DNA of 64,000 bases from an uncultured Gammaproteobacteria bacterium (GTDB lineage: Bacteria > Pseudomonadota > Gammaproteobacteria > PS1 > Pseudothioglobaceae): contig CAJXOB010000001.1 of the NCBI GenBank assembly GCA_913057955.1, positions 21,215-85,214 of the forward strand. The letters run 5' to 3'. The notes under the pieces were generated by a model. The model worked only from the letters and a program-made list of their open reading frames with translations, was not told the origin of the DNA and ran no database searches. The translations under genes and the position numbers were made by a program. Below are positions 16,865 through 25,225 of this stretch, piece by piece (position 1 is the first letter of the stretch; every line of letters starts with the position of its first letter).

Positions 16865-19528
16865 CTACCCATGGCATTGTTTGTATTTTTTTCCAGATCC
16901 ACACGGGCAAGGATCATTTCTTCCAACCTTTAACTTTGAAGGCTGTCTGATAATCTTTGGTCTTTGGGCTATAGGTTTTTTTGGCTGAGAAGAACTAGGT
17001 TTTTCTTGGTTATTTAACTCGCTGGAAGCTTGGCTAGGCTGGGCATTGGCTTGCTCAACATTAAGACTGCAAAGTGCCTTAACCATTTCAATATTTATTG
17101 TATCAAGCAAAAGAGTAAACATTGAAAAAGACTCTCGTTTATACTCCTGTACTGGATTTTTCTGCCCATAGCCACGCAAATTAACACTTTGTCTTAGCTG
17201 GTCCATAACCGCAAGGTGGTCTTTCCAATGATGGTCAAGAGCTCGAAGCATAACTGCTTTTTCAAAAGTCCTCATAGTCTCGACACCTATAGCCGTCTCT
17301 TTAGCATTGTGTGCGGCCACAAAGCCTTCCAATATAATTTTTAAAACTTGGTCAACATCTAGACCTTCATCAATGATTTTTTGTATTGGTATATCACTAG
17401 AATAATTTAAAGATAAAGAACTTTCGAGACCCTCAACGTCCCAATCTGCCTCAAGCACTTTTGGAGAAATATATTCAAAAAACAGATCGCTAATTACACT
17501 ATCTCTAATAATTTCATAACGCGCCTTAACGTCTTCAGTCCCCATTAGCTCATCTCTTAGCTGGTAAACAACCTTTCTTTGATCGTTTGCCACATCGTCA
17601 TACTCCAGGAGGTGTTTTCGAGCATCATAATGCATTCCTTCAACTTTCTTCTGGGCATTGGCAATTGTTTTATTCAGCCAGCTATGCTCAAGAGCCTCTC
17701 CCTCCTTCATACCAAGCTTCTTCATCATAGAGGCTGTTTTTTCAGACGCGAATATTTTCATTAAGCTGTCTTCAAGTGACAGATAAAATCGTGTTGAACC
17801 AATGTCGCCCTGCCTTCCAGAGCGCCCACGGAGTTGATTATCAACCCTTCTTGACTCGTTTCGCTCTGTACCAATGATATGTAAACCACCCGAGTCTATA
17901 ACGTTTTTATGTTTAGTTTTCCAAGCCTCTACTTCAGTTTCACTAGCCCCCTCTATGGGCCTACCCCCTAAAACAATATCTGTTCCTCTTCCAGCCATAT
18001 TTGTTGAAATAGTTACAGCTCCTGGCGCCCCAGCATTTGCAATAATTTCTGCTTCACGCTGATGTTGCTTGGCATTAAGAACTTCGTGTTTAATTTTATT
18101 TTTCGTAAGAAGGGCTGAAACACTTTCAGAGCTTTCGATGCTATTTGTCCCGACCAGCACAGGTTGCATATTTTTTTGACACTCCTGAATATCCTTCATT
18201 ACAGCGTCAAGCTTTTCGCTCATCGTTCCATAAATTAAATCAGAGTGATCAACTCTAGATGAGATTGTGTTGGGTGGAACAACAACAACCTCTAGACCAT
18301 AAATAGCTTGAAGCTCTGACGCTTCTGTCTCAGCAGTTCCAGTCATTCCTGAAAGCTTCTCATAAAGCCTAAAATAATTTTGATAAGTTATCGACGCTAA
18401 AGTTTGGTTTTCTTTTTTAATGCTTACGTTTTCCTTTGCCTCAATTGCTTGATGCAACCCCTCAGACCACCTTCTTCCCTCCATGGTCCTTCCAGTAAAC
18501 TCGTCAACAATGACAACCTCATCGTCTTTAACTAAGTAGTCAACATTTTTTTTAAATAATATGTGAGCCCTTAAGCCTGACAACAAATGTTGCATCAAAA
18601 TTATATTAGTGGAATCATATAAACTGGACTCTGGGGGTAAGGCGCCCGCTTCTATGAGAAGATCTTCGGCCTTAATATGTCCGTCATCCGTAAGAAAAAC
18701 CTGCTTATGTTTTTCATCAACTGTGTAATCACCCGCAACTATAACCTCTACCTCTTTTCCTTCTCCGACTTCGGTTTGAAGCGTGAAGCTTGGAATCATC
18801 TTATCTATCGCGTTATAAACTTCTGCATGATCGCCTGTAGGCCCGGATATAACTAACGGCGTCCTGGCTTCATCGATTAAGATCGAGTCAACCTCATCAA
18901 TAATTGCAAATGCAAGTTTTTTTTGTGTTTTTTGCTCCTGGGAAAAAGCCATATTGTCTCTAAGGTAGTCAAACCCAAGTTCGTTATTTGTTGCATAAGT
19001 GATGTCACAAGAATATGCTTTTTGTTTTTCGTCACCAGACATTCCTGAAACAACTACCCCAACAGAAAGCCCAAGAAAAGAAAATACTTTACCCATCCAC
19101 TCTGCGTCGCGCTTTGCTAAATAATCATTCACTGTAACAATGTGAACGCCTTTTCCACCAAGTGCGTTCAAATAAGCTGGAAGAGTTGCAACCAAAGTCT
19201 TTCCTTCACCAGTTCCCATTTCCGAGATACTGCCCTCATTAAGGACCATGCCGCCAATAAGCTGGACATCATAGTGCCTTAACCCTATAACCCTTTGGCT
19301 TGCCTCTCTAACAACAGCAAAAGACTCAGCTAAAATACTTTCTTCGGTCTCTTTACTTTTAAGTCTCTCCTTCAAGCTGCCTGTCATTGAAACAAGCTCG
19401 GCGTCACTCATTGAGCGCATCTTCTCTTCCAGGGAATTAATTTTGGAAACCTGGCTGTTGTATTTTTTTATTAGCCGGTCATTATGAGACCCTAAAACTT
19501 TTGATAAAACATTATTTATAATACTCAT
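16865..19528 (-). CDS. secA: preprotein translocase ATPase SecA
   Basis: 887 aa with Walker A MGTGEGKT, DEVDSILIDEARTPLIISG and the C-terminal zinc finger CPCGSGKKYKQCHG. Confidence 0.97.
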   Translation of the reverse strand: MSIINNVLSKVLGSHNDRLIKKYNSQVSKINSLEEKMRSMSDAELVSMTGSLKERLKSKETEESILAESFAVVREASQRVIGLRHYDVQLIGGMVLNEGSISEMGTGEGKTLVATLPAYLNALGGKGVHIVTVNDYLAKRDAEWMGKVFSFLGLSVGVVVSGMSGDEKQKAYSCDITYATNNELGFDYLRDNMAFSQEQKTQKKLAFAIIDEVDSILIDEARTPLVISGPTGDHAEVYNAIDKMIPSFTLQTEVGEGKEVEVIVAGDYTVDEKHKQVFLTDDGHIKAEDLLIEAGALPPESSLYDSTNIILMQHLLSGLRAHILFKKNVDYLVKDDEVVIVDEFTGRTMEGRRWSEGLHQAIEAKENVSIKKENQTLASITYQNYFRLYEKLSGMTGTAETEASELQAIYGLEVVVVPPNTISSRVDHSDLIYGTMSEKLDAVMKDIQECQKNMQPVLVGTNSIESSESVSALLTKNKIKHEVLNAKQHQREAEIIANAGAPGAVTISTNMAGRGTDIVLGGRPIEGASETEVEAWKTKHKNVIDSGGLHIIGTERNESRRVDNQLRGRSGRQGDIGSTRFYLSLEDSLMKIFASEKTASMMKKLGMKEGEALEHSWLNKTIANAQKKVEGMHYDARKHLLEYDDVANDQRKVVYQLRDELMGTEDVKARYEIIRDSVISDLFFEYISPKVLEADWDVEGLESSLSLNYSSDIPIQKIIDEGLDVDQVLKIILEGFVAAHNAKETAIGVETMRTFEKAVMLRALDHHWKDHLAVMDQLRQSVNLRGYGQKNPVQEYKRESFSMFTLLLDTINIEMVKALCSLNVEQANAQPSQASSELNNQEKPSSSQPKKPIAQRPKIIRQPSKLKVGRNDPCPCGSGKKYKQCHG

Positions 19529-19575
19529 AAAAGAACAAAGACATTAATTAACAAAACTGTGGTATTTTCTCATAT

Positions 19576-19881
19576 ATGCAAGACAAAACAAAAGGAAACC
19601 CTACAAATTTTAAAGTTGGCAGCAATCTAGGCTCTTTATTTGAAAAGGCAAAAGAACACAATCATTTTAACTCGCTACTTAAGGCGCAGTTCTCAGATCA
19701 ATTTAAGGGACTAACCCTTTGTTTTTTAGACGGCCAAAATGTTACTTTTCTTGCTAAAAACTCTTCCATAGCCTTCCGCGCTGAAAAACAAAAAACAAAG
19801 CTACTCTCTTTCGTAAAAAAAATCGAAGGCCTCTCAAATATAAATTCAATCACCATTAAGGTTGATAAAAAAAACTACTAG
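19576..19881 (+). CDS. DUF721 (DciA-like) small protein
   Basis: 101 aa, divergent from secA. LDGQNVTFLAKNSSIAFRAEKQKTKLLSFVKKI...ITIKV fits the DUF721 pattern (l.dg.L.v.v.ss.wa..l......ll..l......i.i.v). It is shorter than typical DciA proteins. Confidence 0.5.
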   Translation: MQDKTKGNPTNFKVGSNLGSLFEKAKEHNHFNSLLKAQFSDQFKGLTLCFLDGQNVTFLAKNSSIAFRAEKQKTKLLSFVKKIEGLSNINSITIKVDKKNY

Positions 19882-19967
19882 GTATTTGAGTCAATTTTTG
19901 CTTTTAAATATCAACCATTTACATTATAATGGTGCGGCTTTTTATCTTAATATCTTAATACGTTTTT

Positions 19968-20585
19968 ATGTCCGAACAAACAATTGACTTAAAGAAAAGA
20001 CGCTTTTTAACAAAAGCAACTAGCGTGGTTGGTGCGGTTGGTGTTGGTTTTGCAGCATGGCCTTTTTTATCAACATGGAAACCGTCAGCTAAAGCTAAAG
20101 CAGCTGGAGCGCCTATAGATGTTGATATTTCTAAATTAGAGGCTGGTCAGCTTGTTCGTGTCTTATGGCGTAAAAAACCTGTTTGGATATTTAAACGTGA
20201 TGAAAAAGCACTAGAGTCTCTTGACTCAGAAGACCTAATTAAAAGTCTTGATGATCCAGATGGTACAGGCAACTCTAAAAACCAACAGCCAAATTATGTA
20301 ACATCTAATTTTCGAGCTATCAAAAACAAAGAAAGCGTTGCTGTTATCGTTGGGGTTTGCACGCACTTAGGCTGCTCTCCAACATATAGACCAGAGCCTG
20401 GTGCAGCTGATCTTGGCGGAGACAGTTGGAAAGGTGGTTTTTATTGCCCATGTCATGGCTCTAAGTTTGACCTTGCCGGAAGAGTTTATGCGGGTGTGCC
20501 CGCTCCAACTAACCTAGTAATACCCCCGTATCAATACGTCACTGATTCATTGATTCGTATTGGGGTTGACCAACAAAAAACATAA
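19968..20585 (+). CDS. petA: ubiquinol-cytochrome c reductase, Rieske iron-sulfur subunit
   Basis: Carries the Tat motif KRRFL and the Rieske boxes CTHLGCSP and CPCHGSKF. Confidence 0.93.
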   Translation: MSEQTIDLKKRRFLTKATSVVGAVGVGFAAWPFLSTWKPSAKAKAAGAPIDVDISKLEAGQLVRVLWRKKPVWIFKRDEKALESLDSEDLIKSLDDPDGTGNSKNQQPNYVTSNFRAIKNKESVAVIVGVCTHLGCSPTYRPEPGAADLGGDSWKGGFYCPCHGSKFDLAGRVYAGVPAPTNLVIPPYQYVTDSLIRIGVDQQKT

Positions 20586-20593
20586 GAGAAAAT

Positions 20594-21817
20594 ATGCATA
20601 ATAAACAAAGTTGGATAGACCAAAGATTTCCATTAACTAAAGTTATTAATGAGCATTTGGCAGAATACTACACCCCCAGAAACTTTAATTTCTGGTATTT
20701 CTTTGGTGGGTTAGCAGTGGTGATGCTTATAATGCAGCTGGTTACTGGGATATTCTTAACTATGCACTATAAGCCTGACGCAGAGTATGCTTTTGCCTCA
20801 GTTGAGTATATTATGAGAGACGTTGAATGGGGCTGGTTTATACGCTATATGCATTCGACAGGGGCCTCTGCTTTTTTTGTAATAATTTATCTTCATATGA
20901 TGCGTGCCCTTTTATATGGCTCTTATAAGGGGCCGAGGGAATTGATATGGATACTTGGCATGGTGCTATATATTCTTTTATTAGCTGAGGCTTTCATGGG
21001 CTATGTTTTGCCTTGGGGGCAAATGTCGTTTTGGGGCGCTCAAGTAATTATTTCACTTTTTGGCTCAGTTCCCATTGTAGGGCCAGATCTATTAGTTTGG
21101 ATTTTGGGTGATTATGCTGTTGGTGATGCGACTTTAAATCGTTTCTTTTCATTACATGTTGTTGTCATTCCACTTATTCTTGTTGTTCTTGTTTTTTTGC
21201 ATATTGTTGCCCTTCACCACGTTGGATCAAACAATCCAGATGGAATTGAAATAAAGAAAAATAAAGATGCTGACGGTATTCCAAAAGATGGAATCCCCTT
21301 TCATCCATACTTCACAATTAAAGATAGTGTTGTTGTTGTTGGATTTTTATGGATATTTTGTGCAGTTGTTTTTTATGCGCCAGCACTAAATGGGTATTTT
21401 CTTGAAGCTCCGAATTTCATCGAGGCTAACCCGCTTAAAACTCCAGAACATATTGCACCATTATGGTACTTAACTCCCTATTACTCTGTATTAAGGGCAA
21501 TTCCTCCCCTATTTGGCTCTCAATTTCCTGGAGTATTAGGAATGTTTGCAGCGCTTGGAGTGTTTTTCCTCCTTCCATGGCTAGATAGAAGCCCAGTTAA
21601 ATCAATACGCTATCGAAGCCCAATCTATAAATGGATTCTTGGGGCTTTTGTTGTAAGCTTTATTATGTTAGGCTGGCTTGGTGTTCAGCCGGTTACCCCT
21701 TTATATGTTTTACTGGCTCGTATTTTTACGACTTTGTATTTTTCATTTTTTATCTTAATGCCCTGGTTTAGCACTCTTGGGAAAACCAAAGAGGTTCCAG
21801 AGCGGGTTACTGGATAA
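20594..21817 (+). CDS. petB: cytochrome b of the bc1 complex
   Basis: 407 aa polytopic protein with conserved haem-ligand His pairs (RYMHSTGAS..., HIVALHHVGSNNP) and a PEWY-like PLWY motif. Confidence 0.95.
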   Translation: MHNKQSWIDQRFPLTKVINEHLAEYYTPRNFNFWYFFGGLAVVMLIMQLVTGIFLTMHYKPDAEYAFASVEYIMRDVEWGWFIRYMHSTGASAFFVIIYLHMMRALLYGSYKGPRELIWILGMVLYILLLAEAFMGYVLPWGQMSFWGAQVIISLFGSVPIVGPDLLVWILGDYAVGDATLNRFFSLHVVVIPLILVVLVFLHIVALHHVGSNNPDGIEIKKNKDADGIPKDGIPFHPYFTIKDSVVVVGFLWIFCAVVFYAPALNGYFLEAPNFIEANPLKTPEHIAPLWYLTPYYSVLRAIPPLFGSQFPGVLGMFAALGVFFLLPWLDRSPVKSIRYRSPIYKWILGAFVVSFIMLGWLGVQPVTPLYVLLARIFTTLYFSFFILMPWFSTLGKTKEVPERVTG

Positions 21818-21822
21818 TATAT

Positions 21823-22506
21823 ATGAGAATAAAATTAAAATTAATAGTTGGCCTATCTGTTCTTCTTTTTTCCGTAAATATTTTTGCTGCCGGTAAGGTT
21901 CCTTTGGATCATGCAAATACTGATATTTTTGACGAAGCCTCCTTACAAAATGGCGCAAAACTTTTTATGAATTATTGCTCAGGTTGTCATGAGATAAGCT
22001 TGATGCGTTACAATCGAATTGCTAAGGACCTAAACCTAACAGAAGAGCATGTTGCTAAAAATCTAATGTTTGCTGGAAATAAAGTAGGGGAAGCTATAAC
22101 TACAGCTATGCCGGAAGATGTTGCAGCGAAATGGTTTGGAGGTGTCCCGCCTGACCTCTCTTTAGTTTCAAGATCAAAAGGAACCGACTGGATTTACACT
22201 TACCTACGAAGCTTTTATGATGATGAAGAGAGAATTTTTGGGGTAAACAATAAAGTCCTGGTTAATGCGTCTATGCCAGATATCTTATGGTCATTAAGAG
22301 AAAGTCAATCTGAAGAAGAGTTCGACCAAAGCGTTCTTGATATAACAAATTTCTTAGACTACGTTGGTGAACCAGCAAAACTCATCCGCCTGAAATTAGG
22401 TAAATGGGTACTACTATTCCTTGGCATCCTGTTTATTCTTGCCTATATGCTTAAAAAAGAGTATTGGAAAGATGTTAAGTACGGCATATGGAGGCCGCGC
22501 GATTAA
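21823..22506 (+). CDS. petC: cytochrome c1
   Basis: 227 aa with a signal peptide, the haem motif CSGCHE, PPDLS and a C-terminal TM anchor. It completes the petABC order. Confidence 0.9.
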   Translation: MRIKLKLIVGLSVLLFSVNIFAAGKVPLDHANTDIFDEASLQNGAKLFMNYCSGCHEISLMRYNRIAKDLNLTEEHVAKNLMFAGNKVGEAITTAMPEDVAAKWFGGVPPDLSLVSRSKGTDWIYTYLRSFYDDEERIFGVNNKVLVNASMPDILWSLRESQSEEEFDQSVLDITNFLDYVGEPAKLIRLKLGKWVLLFLGILFILAYMLKKEYWKDVKYGIWRPRD

Positions 22507-22534
22507 TTTCTGATACAATCTTTATCTTTACATC

Positions 22535-22566
22535 CCTTGCTTTAATCGGCAAGGCTATTTTTTTTT
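22535..22566 (+). terminator. candidate rho-independent terminator after petC
   Basis: CCTTGC (22535-22540), an 8-nt loop, GCAAGG (22549-22554), then CTA followed by a 9-T run (22558-22566). Confidence 0.45.
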
Positions 22567-22583
22567 AATTTGGTACAAAAACT

Positions 22584-23216
22584 ATGCTATCTAAACCCAA
22601 TCCATCTTCAACGACCCTCTATGCTGCTTCGGAAGAGCTTGAGTCACATGCAGTTCGATTTATTATGGCTCACAAATTAATTGAGCGAGAAGTTATAGAG
22701 CTTAAGTTTGACGAGATGCCAGAAGAGGTTTTAGAGCTCAACCCATGCGAAACCCTTCCAACCCTTTTTGATAGAGGCATGGTTCTATATGACCTCTCTG
22801 TAATTATGGAGTATCTTGATGAAAGATTTCCTTTTCCTCCTCTTTTGCCGGTTGACCCTATTGAAAAGGCTGAAAAACGACTTCTCATTTATCGCTTTAC
22901 TCGATCAGAAGGCTGCTGGTATGAGCTTGTCGAAAAAATTCTACATGGCGCTAAAAAAGAAAGTGAAGCCGCAAGAAAAACCCTACACGGAAATCTTATA
23001 GAGTTATTGCCTTTATTCTCTCATAAGCCTTATTTTAAAAGTGAAATAATGACCCTTGTTGATGTTTGTATCGCTCCTATTCTATGGCGTCTTGATCTTT
23101 TAGGTATATCTTTAGATGGCAAAAAAGCAAAACCAATTATGGATTATGCAAACAGACTTTTTGAAAAAGAAGGCTTTCATGAAAGCCTAACTTTTGCTGA
23201 AAAGGATTTTAATTAA
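22584..23216 (+). CDS. sspA: stringent starvation protein A (GST-like)
   Basis: 210 aa with a GST fold. The petABC-sspA-sspB order matches conserved gammaproteobacterial synteny, for example in Pseudomonas. Confidence 0.85.
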   Translation: MLSKPNPSSTTLYAASEELESHAVRFIMAHKLIEREVIELKFDEMPEEVLELNPCETLPTLFDRGMVLYDLSVIMEYLDERFPFPPLLPVDPIEKAEKRLLIYRFTRSEGCWYELVEKILHGAKKESEAARKTLHGNLIELLPLFSHKPYFKSEIMTLVDVCIAPILWRLDLLGISLDGKKAKPIMDYANRLFEKEGFHESLTFAEKDFN

Positions 23217-23225
23217 AAAGAGATT

Positions 23226-23585
23226 ATGTCAAGTGTAGTCCCCTATTTAATCCGAGCATACTGTGATTGGATAGAGGACTCTAGTTTTACGCCTCATATA
23301 CTAGTTAACTCTGAAAAAACCGGGGTTTCCATTCCTAGTGGCTTTGCAAGCGAGGGCAAAATTGTTTTAAACATCGAATCCTCTGCAACAGAGGGCCGAG
23401 TAATAACCAATGAGTCTATTAGCTTTAAAGCAAGGTTTAACGGAAAGTCTGAAAAAATCATTGTTCCCTGTAATGCAGTATTATCTATTTATGCCAAAGA
23501 GAACGGTGAAGGAATGTTTTTTGACAACAAAGCCGAGGCGCTTGATCAAAAAAATCAGAAGCCAAGCTTAACTATCTTAGATTAG
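23226..23585 (+). CDS. sspB: ClpXP adaptor SspB
   Basis: The N-terminus PYLIRAYCDWIEDSSFTPHILV parallels E. coli RPYLLRAYYEWLLDNQLTPHLVV. It is a short form of 119 aa ending KPSLTILD, which resembles the ClpX-binding tail. Confidence 0.85.
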   Translation: MSSVVPYLIRAYCDWIEDSSFTPHILVNSEKTGVSIPSGFASEGKIVLNIESSATEGRVITNESISFKARFNGKSEKIIVPCNAVLSIYAKENGEGMFFDNKAEALDQKNQKPSLTILD

Positions 23586-24218
23586 TCTTTCAATCTCCGA
23601 GTAAAAAAACTCCAAACTGTCTTTAGAAAATGAAAGTATTGGAATATCTGTATATGCTGCAAGAGACTCTTTATTAAGAAGCGTATTTGAATTAATTTCA
23701 TTTAACACAAGACACATAACCTCTAGATTATTTTTCTTTGCCGCCTCAATAGCCATCAATCCTTGACAAACAGCACCCAACTCATCTCGTACAACAATTA
23801 TGACTGGCAAGTGAAGACGAGCAGCAAGGTCAGAGTTAAGTGACTTTTCTGCAATTGGAGAGTAAAGTCCACCTGCCCCCTCAACGAAAACAAAACTATT
23901 GCCAATATCGTTATTACAAGCCCACACTAAATCATCTAGACTTAGAGGCTTTCCAATACTTGCACTTGCCTCTTCAGGGCTAGCCTCAAGTGCAAAACAA
24001 TTAGGACAAACTATCGTTAAAGCTTCGCCTGAGTTGCATGCCTTGTTAAGTGCGATAGCGTCTTTTGGAACATAGGCTCCGTCCACTAGCTCACAATTTG
24101 TTTCAACAGGCTTTCGAACTTTAACGTGTCTTTTTTTACTAAGCCGCTGAATAATTTCAACAGCAACAGTAGTTTTTCCAACCTCCGTATTACTGCCTGT
24201 AATAAAAACTCCATTCAT
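23577..24218 (-). CDS. bioD: dethiobiotin synthase
   Basis: 213 aa. FITGSNTEVGKT parallels E. coli FVTGTDTEVGKT, and VEGAGG is present. There are no other bio genes nearby. Confidence 0.88.
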   Translation of the reverse strand: MNGVFITGSNTEVGKTTVAVEIIQRLSKKRHVKVRKPVETNCELVDGAYVPKDAIALNKACNSGEALTIVCPNCFALEASPEEASASIGKPLSLDDLVWACNNDIGNSFVFVEGAGGLYSPIAEKSLNSDLAARLHLPVIIVVRDELGAVCQGLMAIEAAKKNNLEVMCLVLNEINSNTLLNKESLAAYTDIPILSFSKDSLEFFYSEIERLI

Positions 24219-24268
24219 AGCGACATTTTAGACGAAGTTATTAACTCCCAAGTCGTCATAAAAGTATA

Positions 24269-25207
24269 ATGGCGACAATGCAAAATAATCTTCAAACAAG
24301 TTTTTGTGGGATGTCATTAAACTCACCAATCATTTTGCTTTCGGGGTGTGTTGGGTTTGGTGAAGAGTACACACGAATTAAGGGTTTTTCTAACTCTGAT
24401 GTTGGTGCAGTTTGCTTAAAAGGAACCACCCTTGAGCCACGCCTAGGAAACAAACTACACAGAATAGCTGAAACTCCAAACGGAATGCTTAATGCTATTG
24501 GACTTCAAAATCCAGGAACAAATTCTGTCATAAATGACATCATGCCAGGGTTAAATAAAAAAGAAACTAAATTTATTATTAATATTTCTGGCTCTACTGT
24601 TGAAGAGTATGGTGAAATTGCAAAACATTTCGATGATTCAGATATCGATGCCATTGAAATTAATATTTCATGTCCAAACGTAAAAGAAGGTGGGGTTGCT
24701 TTTGGAAATGACCCAGAGATGTCTTTTAGGGTTGTTGAGATTTGCAGGAAAAACACTACTAAGCCTATTATTACAAAGCTGTCGCCCAATCAAACAGATA
24801 TTGCCGCTAACGCATTAAGATGTATTGAAGCGGGGAGTGATGGGCTTGCAGTTATAAATACAGTAATGGGTATGGCTATTGATATTGAAAAGAAAAAACC
24901 AGTAATTGGAAACAATCAGGGGGGTTTGTCTGGCCCTGCTATAAAGCCGATTGCACTTCTAAAGGTTCACCAGGTTTACCAGGTTAGTAAGAGACATAAT
25001 GTTCCTATCATTGGTCAGGGTGGAATTGTCTCGGCCAATGATGCGATTGAGTTTATTATTGCTGGTGCAGACACCATTGGTATTGGCACGGCGCTCTTTT
25101 ATGACCCGCTTGTTTGCCAAGAAATAAACGCAGGGATTAGTAAATATCTAATAGATCACAACTTGCAAGACGTTAAGTCTTTAGTTGGCTCTCTTTCTTT
25201 AAATTAA
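24269..25207 (+). CDS. pyrD: dihydroorotate dehydrogenase, class 1 (1B-like catalytic subunit)
   Basis: 312 aa and cytosolic-type, with no N-terminal membrane helix. Motifs are NAIGLQNPG, ISCPNVKEGG (Cys catalytic base), GGLSGPAIKP and IGQGGI. This is collinear with PyrDB of Firmicutes rather than E. coli class 2 PyrD. Confidence 0.85.
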   Translation: MATMQNNLQTSFCGMSLNSPIILLSGCVGFGEEYTRIKGFSNSDVGAVCLKGTTLEPRLGNKLHRIAETPNGMLNAIGLQNPGTNSVINDIMPGLNKKETKFIINISGSTVEEYGEIAKHFDDSDIDAIEINISCPNVKEGGVAFGNDPEMSFRVVEICRKNTTKPIITKLSPNQTDIAANALRCIEAGSDGLAVINTVMGMAIDIEKKKPVIGNNQGGLSGPAIKPIALLKVHQVYQVSKRHNVPIIGQGGIVSANDAIEFIIAGADTIGIGTALFYDPLVCQEINAGISKYLIDHNLQDVKSLVGSLSLN

Positions 25208-25225
25208 ACACTTAAAAAATTAATA

